Shown in pieces: positions 36,485-45,819 of a stretch of 64,000 nt of DNA. The first letter of the stretch is position 1. Each line of letters opens with the position of its first letter. The notes below the pieces were generated by a model, which worked only from the letters and a program-made list of their open reading frames with translations, was not told the origin of the DNA and ran no database searches. This DNA is from an uncultured Actinomycetes bacterium. GTDB lineage: Bacteria; Actinomycetota; Actinomycetes; Nanopelagicales; Nanopelagicaceae. The DNA is taken from the NCBI GenBank assembly GCA_903838295.1, contig CAILXX010000007.1, forward strand, positions 489-64,488. The letters are read 5' to 3'. Both the position numbers and the translations under genes were made by a program.

Positions 36485-37447
36485 ATGAACTACACCAGAG
36501 AAAACTCCAAAGCCGCCGCCCTAGAAACTTTTCATGGGTTGTGGGCAGCTATGACGACTCCCTTCACCATAGACGATCAATTGGATGAGAGCGCGTTAAT
36601 CAAAGATATAGATATCTTGGTTGATGACCTGAAAATTGACGGTGTTTTTTGTACCGGCGTCATGGGCGAATTCTGGGCCTTGACTTTAGAGGAGCGCAAA
36701 CGCGCTGTAGAAGTGATCGTAGAAAATACCCGTGGGCGGATTCCGGTCTTGGCCCATACGGGATCGCATTCGGCACGTGAAACTATTGAGCTGACCAGGC
36801 ACGCACAAGAAACTGGCGCAGATTTTGTTGTCGTCATCAACCCGGTTTACCCGCCAGGCTCTGAAGTGGGCTTAAAACGCTGGTTTTTAGAGATTTTGGA
36901 TGCAGTTGATATTGGAGTCTGGCTCTTTGATACGAATTATTCTGGTGTTTCCCTACCTCTGTCTCTGATTGACGAATTAGCGGATGTAGAAAATGTCTGT
37001 GGCATCAAGATGGCTCATGGCCACGATCGATATCTAGAAGTTTTGAACAAAGTTGGGGATCGTATGATGGTCTGCGAACCTAGCGAAGCTGACTGGCTAG
37101 AAAATATGCGCGACCATAACCAGAAAGTTTATATGTCAGCATCCACTCCCTTTTTGATTCAAACTCCTGCTCGTCAGGCGATGTTGGAATATACGACTGC
37201 TGCTTTAGCAAAAGACTTTGCAACGGCTGAAGCAATATCTCGAGAGATTCAACCCATTAGGGATCTGACCGAAAAATGGTTGCATGGTCGCTGGAAGAGA
37301 GACCGCATTAATCCTGTGCCGGCAATTAAATATTGGTCGGGTTTGTTAGGTATGTCAGGCGGTAGCGTAAGGCCACCACTAATGGACCTCAGCGATGAAC
37401 AGAAGCGCGAACTCCGTGGTGATCTGGAGCGAGTGGGATTGATTTAA
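36485..37447 (+). CDS. Dihydrodipicolinate synthase / N-acetylneuraminate lyase family (class I aldolase/lyase)
   Basis: GVFCTGVMGEFWALTLEER, HTGSHSARETIELTRHAQETGADFVVV and a Schiff-base-lysine context GIKMAHG. Confidence 0.8.
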   Translation: MNYTRENSKAAALETFHGLWAAMTTPFTIDDQLDESALIKDIDILVDDLKIDGVFCTGVMGEFWALTLEERKRAVEVIVENTRGRIPVLAHTGSHSARETIELTRHAQETGADFVVVINPVYPPGSEVGLKRWFLEILDAVDIGVWLFDTNYSGVSLPLSLIDELADVENVCGIKMAHGHDRYLEVLNKVGDRMMVCEPSEADWLENMRDHNQKVYMSASTPFLIQTPARQAMLEYTTAALAKDFATAEAISREIQPIRDLTEKWLHGRWKRDRINPVPAIKYWSGLLGMSGGSVRPPLMDLSDEQKRELRGDLERVGLI

Positions 37448-39012
37448 GAAAGAATCCCTGCTGTATCTACACCCAAATCCTTCAACATAACGATGGCAGC
37501 ATTGCGACCAGGTGCGCCAGTAATTGATCCACCCGGATGTGTTGTTCCACCAGTCTGATACAGACCAGGGATTGGCATACGGTGAGAAGCCCAACCAGGA
37601 ACCGGACGATTAGGTCCACTAAATGTTGGACCGCGATCGCCACCGTGGAAAGCACCGTTGATCATATGGCGATTGGTTGCCCAGATATCTGCTGGAGATT
37701 TTACGTAACGAGAAATGATTACATCATCGGTAAATGAAGGCATAAATCGGCGCATATACGCGAGTTGACGGTTGACGACATCGTGCTTAACAACGTCCCA
37801 ACCAGGAGAACCGGCAGGTAAGCCAAAACTTTGTGCGCTTAAGAATTTAACTGTATGTCCACCATTAGGTGCCCTCCCTGGATCGACCAGGGTTGGGGTC
37901 GCAACAAGAATCCACGGAACGGTATCGATATGGCGCCCCAGCTTTACATCTAGGCTCAACTGCAGCATATCTTCTGGCCAACCAACGGCGCCAGCAGATA
38001 CTGCGCTGCGTGGACCAAGTTCTGTATCGAACACCGGCGGGCTCTTAGTAGTGAAGTAAGCAGCAAATCCAGATATGCCAACGTTGTATGTTTCTACGCC
38101 GAACTTGAAATCTTCTGGCCACAATTCTTTTGGTGCCATATCAATCAAATGCTTGACGTGTATCGTCGATAGCACGGCTTTCTTTGCGCGGTATTCATCG
38201 CCATCCTCGGTTTTGATTCCAACGCAACGACCGTCATCAATGATTAACTCTGAAACAACTTTGTCACAAATAATTTTTCCACCGTGGGCTTCTAAGTAAG
38301 CGACTAGTCCGGCTGTCAATCGTCCCGATCCGCCTTCTGGGATTGACCAGCTTCGCGCTTGGCGTGCAAATATCGAATACGCCATCATTCCGGTTCCAGG
38401 TTGGTCGTACCAAACAAATGTTTGGAATGCCATCCAGAGCATAAAGGCCTGGATATGCCGATCTTCAAATTCGAGTTTGATAATGTCCCACGCACTCATA
38501 GCACGACGACGTGCCCAGATTTTTCCATCAGGATGTTCTGCTAAACGTTGATCCAGTGATGGTCCAAATCCAATCGGAGTAAAATTACCTGCTGTGAAAA
38601 TACTTTTTACAGTGTCGTATTCTTTGGACATTCGGCGGTAAGCAGCAGCGTCCTTTTTGCTGAAGCGAGAGATCTCTTCAATTGTCTTTTCAAAATCTAA
38701 GTACATCGTAAATTGTTTACCGTCGGGAAATGCAACATGTGCGACTGGATCCGGCTCAAAATATTTAAGGCCATATTGTGAGATAAGGCCGAGTTCGTCT
38801 TGTAGTAAGAGTGGGTTGGACCGGATCAGTGTGTGGCCCGTTGAACAGGTATCAATGTGGAAGCCAGGGTCCAACAACTCTTCGGTTGCGGCGCCGCCGC
38901 CCGGTATAGAGCGAGCATCCAAAAGGACCGTGCTAAATCCAGCTTTAGCTAAATAGCAGGCCGTGATTAAACTGTTATGGCCGGCGCCCGCGACGACGAT
39001 ATCTGCTTCCAT
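37444..39012 (-). CDS. FAD-dependent oxidoreductase, phytoene-desaturase (CrtI)-like family
   Basis: Dinucleotide-binding N-terminus DIVVAGAGHNSLITACYLAKAGFSTVLLDARSIPGGG, ~520 aa. AAGGAG RBS. The stop overlaps the convergent DapA-like gene. Confidence 0.8.
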   Translation of the reverse strand: MEADIVVAGAGHNSLITACYLAKAGFSTVLLDARSIPGGGAATEELLDPGFHIDTCSTGHTLIRSNPLLLQDELGLISQYGLKYFEPDPVAHVAFPDGKQFTMYLDFEKTIEEISRFSKKDAAAYRRMSKEYDTVKSIFTAGNFTPIGFGPSLDQRLAEHPDGKIWARRRAMSAWDIIKLEFEDRHIQAFMLWMAFQTFVWYDQPGTGMMAYSIFARQARSWSIPEGGSGRLTAGLVAYLEAHGGKIICDKVVSELIIDDGRCVGIKTEDGDEYRAKKAVLSTIHVKHLIDMAPKELWPEDFKFGVETYNVGISGFAAYFTTKSPPVFDTELGPRSAVSAGAVGWPEDMLQLSLDVKLGRHIDTVPWILVATPTLVDPGRAPNGGHTVKFLSAQSFGLPAGSPGWDVVKHDVVNRQLAYMRRFMPSFTDDVIISRYVKSPADIWATNRHMINGAFHGGDRGPTFSGPNRPVPGWASHRMPIPGLYQTGGTTHPGGSITGAPGRNAAIVMLKDLGVDTAGILS

Positions 39013-39042
39013 TTTTCACACTCCTTACTCAAATCTTTCCAC

Positions 39043-39056
39043 AGCAAACGATTGCA
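39043..39056. promoter_or_regulatory. LacI-type operator candidate, site 4 (AGCAAACGATTGCA)
   Basis: Sits in the 86-bp divergent gap between 39012(-) and 39099(+). One outer-position mismatch to the consensus. Confidence 0.55.
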
Positions 39057-39098
39057 TACAAGGGTTTAGGGTGAAAGAATGCTTGACGGAGGTGGTCC

Positions 39099-40070
39099 AT
39101 GAAGGCGATAGTTATTAACGAGTACGGCGGTCCAGAGTGTCTTGAATATGCCGACGCCCCCACCCCAGAGCCGGGCCCGAACGAAGTCCTTATCAAGTCC
39201 AAGTTCATCGGAGTCAATTTTACCGATATCCGAAATCGCGTTGGCGATGGTGACGGCGTGGTCCCGATGATTATTGGTGTAGAAGCCAGTGGCCAAATAG
39301 TGAAACTTGGACCTGGATGCACAAAATTTAAAGTGGGGGATTTTGTTACCTCTTTTACCCGCGGACATGCATATGCCGAATACGTCACCGGGTTAGAGAA
39401 ATTTACCGAGAAGATCTCGGAAGAATTTGCGCAGAAGCCAGAATCTGCCGGAATCTTGGTGACAGTTCCGTTGGCGCTCAACGTAGTAGAACGCGCGGGA
39501 CGGATTCGTCCGGGAGAGACCGTACTACTTCATGCAGCGTCGGGTGGTGTGGGTTCGATTATTGGGCAGCTAGTAAAGAAGATCGAAGACACCAGACTTT
39601 TTGGAACAATTAGTGATTCTTCAAAATCAGGGTATGCGAAGAAAAATGGATATGACGAATTAATGAGTTATGAAGAATTCGCAGATCGCGCAAAGGAATT
39701 AACTAACGGCAAAGGAGTAGATGCAATCTTGGATCCGGTTGGCGGAGAGGTTCAGAAGCGCTCATTAGAAATCGTTGCACCTTTTGGTCGGTTGGTTTCT
39801 TACAGCAATATTTCGCGCGCGCCTATGGATTTGCCATCAGCTTTGTGGTTTAGGAGTAAGTGCATTGGTTTTGTGGGAATTTCAAATGGTTCACTATCTG
39901 AACACAGCCCAGCAATATTGGCAGAGACCTTAAGACGTTCGGTCCAGCTTGTGGAAGATGGAACTATCCGGATTGATGTGACCGAAGTTCTCCCGCTCGC
40001 CGAAGCCTCCAAAGCACATGCAATATTTGAGAGCCGTGCTGCGACCGGTAAATTCATTTTGGCAGTCTAA
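39099..40070 (+). CDS. NADPH:quinone oxidoreductase-like MDR (zeta-crystallin type)
   Basis: MKAIVINEYGGPECLEYADAPTPEPGPNEVLIKSKFIGVNFTD, the Rossmann motif LHAASGGVGS, and no catalytic-zinc Cys/His pattern. GGAGG RBS. Confidence 0.85.
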   Translation: MKAIVINEYGGPECLEYADAPTPEPGPNEVLIKSKFIGVNFTDIRNRVGDGDGVVPMIIGVEASGQIVKLGPGCTKFKVGDFVTSFTRGHAYAEYVTGLEKFTEKISEEFAQKPESAGILVTVPLALNVVERAGRIRPGETVLLHAASGGVGSIIGQLVKKIEDTRLFGTISDSSKSGYAKKNGYDELMSYEEFADRAKELTNGKGVDAILDPVGGEVQKRSLEIVAPFGRLVSYSNISRAPMDLPSALWFRSKCIGFVGISNGSLSEHSPAILAETLRRSVQLVEDGTIRIDVTEVLPLAEASKAHAIFESRAATGKFILAV

Positions 40071-40460
40071 ATGCGCCGAAAAATATTGGTTTACGGTCTC
40101 TTTAGCCTCATAATTCTTTCGATAGTAGGAACAGCAGTAATGCGATTATCGCTGACTCCTAAAGGAAGATCTACAACAACAGGTGTCCAATTTTTTGTGG
40201 GACCGGTTGTAAAGACGATTTACAGCAGTCTGCAGGTAAAGGTTGCAGTTAAGGACCACAAGATTGTTGATGTCATCCCCATTACATTGCCAAATTCTGA
40301 TACCCGATCAATAACTCTTGCTCATGTTTCAGTGCCGATTATGCGCAACGAAGCAATTACAAAAAATACTGGTGATATACATTCGGTTTCTGGGGCAAGT
40401 GTGACAAGTAGTGCTTACAGACAATCATTGCAAGGCGCGCTAGCCAAGGCAGGTTTATGA
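40071..40460 (+). CDS. Membrane-anchored FMN-binding-domain protein
   Basis: N-terminal TM segment ILVYGLFSLIILSIVGTAV. The C-terminal VSGASVTSSAYRQSLQGAL matches the FMN_bind SGAT/S-x-T/S motif seen in NqrC/RnfG-type domains. Confidence 0.65.
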   Translation: MRRKILVYGLFSLIILSIVGTAVMRLSLTPKGRSTTTGVQFFVGPVVKTIYSSLQVKVAVKDHKIVDVIPITLPNSDTRSITLAHVSVPIMRNEAITKNTGDIHSVSGASVTSSAYRQSLQGALAKAGL

Positions 40461-41863
40461 CAAAAGTTGGCAAGTCTGCAGATCGCTGGGAAGTAGGACC
40501 CGTTGCTTTCTTGATCGCAGGATTGCTCTTCATGGAGAACTTTGACGCTTCAATAATTCCAACTGCTGCACCGACTATTGCCAGACAATTTCATATTCTC
40601 TCTGGTCAAATGGGTATTTGCGTTACGGCTTACCTGATGACGATGGTGGTCCTAATTCCGGTAACCGCGTGGTTTGTAGAAAAATGGGGAGCACGACCAG
40701 TTCTCTTCACAAGTATTGTTTTATTTACCGGCGCATCTTTGCTCTGTGCCATTAGTAGTAATTTGGCCGAACTCACTTGTATGCGGGTATTACAAGGTGC
40801 CGGTGGCGCAATGATGGTGCCGGTAGGGCGACTGGTGGTTTTGCGTGCAACGGATAAAGCTCATGTGATTCGTGCAATTTCCTATCTGACCTGGCCAGCG
40901 CTTACGGCACCAATTATCGCGCCAGCTGTATCTGGATTGATTATTGCGCATTTCTCTTGGCCTTGGATTTTTGCGATCAATTTGCCAATCGGAATCGTAG
41001 AACTGTTGCTGGCGATCAAGATGATTCCCAAAACTGCGCACCTTGGGGCAGGAAAACTTGATTGGCTTGGATTTATCGGTGCTTCCGTGGCCTTGGGATG
41101 TTTGGTTTTTGGTTCTGCAGCGCTAGGAAATCCCCGTGTTAATTCCCTGGAAACCATCGTACTTTTGGGGATCGGTATTGGCGCTGGGGTCCCAACGGTG
41201 CGCCATATGCTGAACTCCCCCATGCCATTAGTCAGTTTTGTGGCGCTACGGGTTCGAACATTCAGAGCCGCAACAACAGGCGGGGCAGCTTTTAGAGTCG
41301 GCATCAACGCGGTTCCATTTTTATTGCCATTGATGTTTCAAGATAAATTTGGCTGGTCGCCGGTACGTGCAGGTAGCGTTGTGCTTTCGTTATTTGTCGG
41401 TAATTTTCTATTCAAACCGTTTACGACACCCTTGTTAAAAAAGCTACCTTTTCGTTCCGTATTGATGCTCTCCACAGGTTTGTCGGCGGTGAGTGTTCTG
41501 CTGATTGCCTTGCTACAAGCTTCTACTCCATTGCTTGTAGTGTGGATCCTCTTATTATTTAGTGGGTCGGTTCGATCATTGGGTTACACCTGCTACAACA
41601 CGATTACATTTGCAGATATTGATCAATCAGGCATGCAGCAAGCGAACAGTCTTGCGACCATGATTCAAGTTACTACTCAGGTATTTTCGGTTGTAGTAGC
41701 GGTGTTGGGAATGAAACTAGGCACCGTCCTATTTGGAGCGGTTAATCAATTTAACTTCGCATTTGTAGTACTTGCCTGCCTAGTATTTTGTGCCTTAATA
41801 GATTCGGTCCGTTTGCCACATAAAGCCGGGGATGCAATTCGAGTAAAAAGGAGTGATGTGTAA
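40457..41863 (+). CDS. MFS transporter (DHA2/14-TM-like)
   Basis: 468-aa polytopic protein with the MFS loop motif MRVLQGAGGAMMVPVGR. 4-nt overlap with the FMN-binding gene. Confidence 0.85.
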   Translation: MTKVGKSADRWEVGPVAFLIAGLLFMENFDASIIPTAAPTIARQFHILSGQMGICVTAYLMTMVVLIPVTAWFVEKWGARPVLFTSIVLFTGASLLCAISSNLAELTCMRVLQGAGGAMMVPVGRLVVLRATDKAHVIRAISYLTWPALTAPIIAPAVSGLIIAHFSWPWIFAINLPIGIVELLLAIKMIPKTAHLGAGKLDWLGFIGASVALGCLVFGSAALGNPRVNSLETIVLLGIGIGAGVPTVRHMLNSPMPLVSFVALRVRTFRAATTGGAAFRVGINAVPFLLPLMFQDKFGWSPVRAGSVVLSLFVGNFLFKPFTTPLLKKLPFRSVLMLSTGLSAVSVLLIALLQASTPLLVVWILLLFSGSVRSLGYTCYNTITFADIDQSGMQQANSLATMIQVTTQVFSVVVAVLGMKLGTVLFGAVNQFNFAFVVLACLVFCALIDSVRLPHKAGDAIRVKRSDV

Positions 41864-43602
41864 TGGAACCTTTAGCTGGCGCCTTGAAATCAGCGCAACG
41901 TGATGGGATGTTTATCGATTGGGATGTCCCCATAACCATGGATGATGGTTTGGTATTGCGTGCAGATGTATACCGTCCACTGAATAGCGATCGTTTGCCT
42001 GTGATAGCGAGTTATGGACCGTATGCAAAGGGTCTGACCTTTGCAGCTGGATATCCCCGTCAATGGGAACGTTTGAATGCGCGATACCCCAAGGATTTAG
42101 AGGGAAGTACTGGCAAATATGCGGCATGGGAATTAGTCGATCCCGAACATTGGACCGCATTTGGTTATGCATGTGTCCGAGTCGATTCACGTGGTGCAGG
42201 ACGTTCACCAGGTCAGGTGGATGTGTGGAGCAAGCGCGAAGCAAAAGATTATTACGATTGTATTGAATGGATCGCGGCGCAAGATTGGTCCAACGGGAAA
42301 GTTGGGTTGGCTGGAATCTCTTACTACGCAAAGAACCAGTGGCAAGTCGCTGAACTAAACCCACCTCACCTGGCTGCAATATGTCCATGGGAAGGTGCTA
42401 ATGATTACTACCGAGATATGTCACATCACGGCGGTATCCATAATGCATTCTTACCCGATTGGTATCAGCGGTTTACAACAATTCAGAATGGTTTGGGATC
42501 TAGAGGTTTTAAGAATCCAGAGAGTGGATTATGGGCCTGCGGTGATACCGATTTAACAGATGATGAGTTATATGCAAATCGCTGTGATTTAGCCAAGCAA
42601 TTAGTAGAACATCCCTTTGATGATGATTGGCATTTTGCACATTCAAGCCAGCCAGAAAAAATTAAAGTACCGACGCTTTCAGCTGCGAACTGGGGTGGTC
42701 TTGGCAATCACCAACGGGGAAACCTTTATGCCTGGGCTTCGACTAGTTCTGATAAGAAATGGTTAGAGATACATAATGGGACCCACTGGTCCGGTTTTTA
42801 TACCGAATATGGTCGCAGCCTGCAGAAGCGCTTCTTTGATTATTTTCTTAAAGGTGAGGGAGATTGGCAAGATCAACCACTAGTCTCACTCAACATACGC
42901 CAAGTCGATGGAACGGTTACATTACGTCGAGAAAACGAGTGGCCATTGGCGCGGACAGAGTGGACACGGAAATATTTGAATCTCGATACTAATTCGATTG
43001 ACGCTAGTGCTTCTATTGATTCAAAATCCATTACCTATAGCGCGATGGGTGAAGGCGTTACCTTCTTCACGACCCCACTTACCGAAGCCACAGAAATTAC
43101 TGGTCCAGTGAGCGCCAAGGTTTGGGTGTCTTCATCTACAACCGACGCAGATTTATTTTTGACCTTGCGAGCATTTGGCGACGATGGTAACGAAATATTA
43201 TTCGAAGGCGCAAACGATCCGAAGACTCCGATGTCTCAAGGCTGGTTGCGTGCATCGCATAGGGCTCTTGATGTTGTTCAATCAAAACCTTGGGCGCCGT
43301 TCCATCCACATAAGGTCGCAGAGCCAATAATACCGGGCCAGATTTATGAATTAGATATAGAGATCTGGGCTACCTGTTTGGTGTTGCCAGCCGGATATCG
43401 ACTGGCCTTAACCGTAAAAGGATGCGATTTTGATCATGGGCTAGAGCCGGTAGAGATGGGCGGTCGAATCATGAAGGGCAGTGGTCCATTTAGACACGAA
43501 CATCCAGAAGACCGACCAGCCGCAATATTTGAAAATCAAGTCACCCTATATACCGGTGATCAATACCCATCGTCCATCTTGTTGCCGATTATTCCTGCAT
43601 AA
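41863..43602 (+). CDS. CocE/NonD-family serine hydrolase (S15 X-Pro dipeptidyl-peptidase fold)
   Basis: VRVDSRGAGRSPG, the nucleophile elbow GISYYAKNQW, ~580 aa with a C-terminal beta-rich domain. 1-nt overlap (TAATG) with the MFS gene. Confidence 0.85.
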   Translation: MEPLAGALKSAQRDGMFIDWDVPITMDDGLVLRADVYRPLNSDRLPVIASYGPYAKGLTFAAGYPRQWERLNARYPKDLEGSTGKYAAWELVDPEHWTAFGYACVRVDSRGAGRSPGQVDVWSKREAKDYYDCIEWIAAQDWSNGKVGLAGISYYAKNQWQVAELNPPHLAAICPWEGANDYYRDMSHHGGIHNAFLPDWYQRFTTIQNGLGSRGFKNPESGLWACGDTDLTDDELYANRCDLAKQLVEHPFDDDWHFAHSSQPEKIKVPTLSAANWGGLGNHQRGNLYAWASTSSDKKWLEIHNGTHWSGFYTEYGRSLQKRFFDYFLKGEGDWQDQPLVSLNIRQVDGTVTLRRENEWPLARTEWTRKYLNLDTNSIDASASIDSKSITYSAMGEGVTFFTTPLTEATEITGPVSAKVWVSSSTTDADLFLTLRAFGDDGNEILFEGANDPKTPMSQGWLRASHRALDVVQSKPWAPFHPHKVAEPIIPGQIYELDIEIWATCLVLPAGYRLALTVKGCDFDHGLEPVEMGGRIMKGSGPFRHEHPEDRPAAIFENQVTLYTGDQYPSSILLPIIPA

Positions 43603-43607
43603 TTAAA

Positions 43608-44660
43608 TTAGAGGTGATCGACCATCCAGTCACCGGCTAGTGGGTGATACAGGTACGGATAGTTATTACAGACGTGATTGCCGTCATCAATCATAACTAG
43701 CTTGGCATTCTTCGCCTCTGCCACGACTCTTTCTGCGTGCTGATACGGAACCAAGCGATCTTTCTTACCAAAGATAACAAGTAATGGCTGCGTAAGATTC
43801 TGCAAGCACCCTTCGAGGGTGATGCTGTCAGCGACTTTTCTTGCCTCATCTTCAGTTGATGCGCCAGAATATTGATAAAAGGCGGCGCGACTAATCGGTG
43901 GGCGTGCGTCGTATCGACTTCCGGTGTCATACGAACCACCAACCGTGACTGCTACCTTAATACGCGAATCATGCGCGGCGCTTCTGGCAGCGTAATAGCC
44001 GCCCATACTGACGCCTACTACTCCAAGTCGTTCTGCATCGATATCTTTACGAGTTAAAAGTTCATCGATAGCTACTTTGATCGCGCTCTCATAATTTGGT
44101 CTCAGTGGAAAGTAAAAACCAGATTCGCCTTGACCGGGTCCATCGAATGAGAATGTTGCAAGACCGCGAGTGATAAATACATTCTCCCAATTAAAGAATT
44201 CTTCTTTGGTCGAATCAAGTCCTGGTAGCAAGATCACCACTGGTGGATGGCTTACACCTGCTGGCTTTCGCAAGTTACCAACTAACTGGTGGCCTTCGAA
44301 TGGAATTTCTACTCTTTCAGCGCTTGAATCCAAATTTTTATGGGCACGCAGTAAAGCATCGATTGACTTCTCTGTTGCCATTTTATGTTTTGCCATATCT
44401 AAAACCCATACAAATTTTGCGAAGTGATAACTCAGGGCAGCGCGATTCCAGGCATTCCCGGCGCTTATTTTGTGTCCTGCCACTTCTGCTTCACTCGCTA
44501 GTCCCGCGTGCATATCACCGTTAGCTACCCATGCATCTAGCCACTGAGACCAAGTTTCAAGGCTATTGGTTACACGCGCAAAATCATTGGCATCGACGCC
44601 TTGAGTTATAAATCTTGGTGCCCAATGATCTATGGCTGATTGAATATCGGAATCTCTCAT
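43608..44660 (-). CDS. Alpha/beta hydrolase, DHPON-hydrolase-like, paralog 3
   Basis: HWAPRFITQGVDANDFARVT...YHFAKFVWV, PGLDSTKEEF and the nucleophile elbow GVSMGGYYA. TAGCAT-N6-ATG on the minus strand in the 34-nt gap after the LacI gene. Confidence 0.8.
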   Translation of the reverse strand: MRDSDIQSAIDHWAPRFITQGVDANDFARVTNSLETWSQWLDAWVANGDMHAGLASEAEVAGHKISAGNAWNRAALSYHFAKFVWVLDMAKHKMATEKSIDALLRAHKNLDSSAERVEIPFEGHQLVGNLRKPAGVSHPPVVILLPGLDSTKEEFFNWENVFITRGLATFSFDGPGQGESGFYFPLRPNYESAIKVAIDELLTRKDIDAERLGVVGVSMGGYYAARSAAHDSRIKVAVTVGGSYDTGSRYDARPPISRAAFYQYSGASTEDEARKVADSITLEGCLQNLTQPLLVIFGKKDRLVPYQHAERVVAEAKNAKLVMIDDGNHVCNNYPYLYHPLAGDWMVDHL

Positions 44661-44694
44661 TCTGCAATGCTAACGCTGGGCCAAATCAAAGTCA

Positions 44695-45714
44695 CTACTT
44701 TTTCAGAACTGGACCCGTTGACTCGCGGACGACAAGGGTCACCGGCAAGGTGATTTTTCTTGGCCCAGGTTCATTTCCTTGGATCTGACTGAGCAATAAT
44801 CGCGCAGCTTCTGCGCCCATTTCAAAATGTGGCGCACTTACTGTTGTCATCGGAGGCTGAAAATCTTCTGAGAATGGCATGTTATTGAATCCTATGACCG
44901 AAATATCTTGTGGTGTGCGAAGACCGTGTTGACGAATTGCGTGGTAGACGCCCAACGCTAACAAATCATTACCTGCAACCACTGCGGTGATCTCTTTCGG
45001 ATGTGCGTCCAAAAATTTATTCATCGCCATTTGGCCGGCCTCTACTGAAAGCGTGGTTGCCTTTACAATTTTTGTAGTCAGTCCTAACCGTTTTGCAGTA
45101 TCTGTGAATGCTGTGCTTCGGACCCGTGATGTAGAAAGCGTGGCTGGTCCAGAAAGATGAAGTATTTTTTTGTGGCCGAGTTTGACTAGATGTTCGAGTG
45201 CTGATGCGATTCCAGACGCATCATCTCCAATAACAGATGGATAGGGAACACCGGAAGCTTCACGGTTAACCATCACAGCTTTAACTCCTTGATTGTGATA
45301 TTTGGCGATCATGCTTCTTTCGGTATGGCCAGTTGCAATTATCAGGCCATCAACTTGGCGTTCCATTAACGAATCAAAGAGTGCATCTTCTACGGCCGCA
45401 TTGTTATCGGTATTGACGACCATCGCTGAATAGCCGCGTGACTGCAAGACGCTGTCGACACCTCGAACTATCGGTGGAAAAATTGGATTTGTGAGATCTG
45501 GCACGATGACGCCGATTGTCATGGATTTACGAGTTCGCAATCCGCGAGCCATTGTGTTGGGGGTATATCCAAGTTCTTGCGCAATTTTGCGGACCCTTTT
45601 CACGGTTTCTGCGCTTACCTGACCTTCGGTCTCGCTGTTGAGCGATCGCGAAACCGTACTGGTGTTAACCCCAGCCGCCTTGGCTACATCGGCCAAAGTC
45701 ACTCGATTACGCAT
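44695..45714 (-). CDS. LacI/GalR-family transcriptional regulator
   Basis: N-terminal HTH VTLADVAKAAGVNTSTVSRSLN, the hinge GYTPNTMARGLRT, then a type-1 periplasmic-binding-fold core. TAGTGT-N6-ATG on the minus strand. Confidence 0.9.
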   Translation of the reverse strand: MRNRVTLADVAKAAGVNTSTVSRSLNSETEGQVSAETVKRVRKIAQELGYTPNTMARGLRTRKSMTIGVIVPDLTNPIFPPIVRGVDSVLQSRGYSAMVVNTDNNAAVEDALFDSLMERQVDGLIIATGHTERSMIAKYHNQGVKAVMVNREASGVPYPSVIGDDASGIASALEHLVKLGHKKILHLSGPATLSTSRVRSTAFTDTAKRLGLTTKIVKATTLSVEAGQMAMNKFLDAHPKEITAVVAGNDLLALGVYHAIRQHGLRTPQDISVIGFNNMPFSEDFQPPMTTVSAPHFEMGAEAARLLLSQIQGNEPGPRKITLPVTLVVRESTGPVLKK

Positions 45715-45743
45715 GGTTTAACACTAGTGGTCGAAGATTAACC

Positions 45744-45772
45744 TTGACGAGGGGGCACAGGTCATCAATAAT
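45744..45772 (+). promoter_or_regulatory. Candidate promoter of the 45820 operon
   Basis: TTGACG (45744-45749), a 17-nt spacer, then AATAAT (45767-45772). The operator begins 8 nt downstream. Confidence 0.4.
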
Positions 45773-45779
45773 GGTTCAG

Positions 45780-45793
45780 TGCAATCGATTGCA
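45780..45793. promoter_or_regulatory. LacI-type operator candidate, site 5 (TGCAATCGATTGCA, perfect palindrome)
   Basis: Perfect 14-bp palindrome in the divergent gap between the LacI gene and the 45820 operon, just downstream of the -10 element of the + strand promoter. Confidence 0.7.
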
Positions 45794-45819
45794 CGCATTC
45801 TGACAATGAGGAGCACTTT

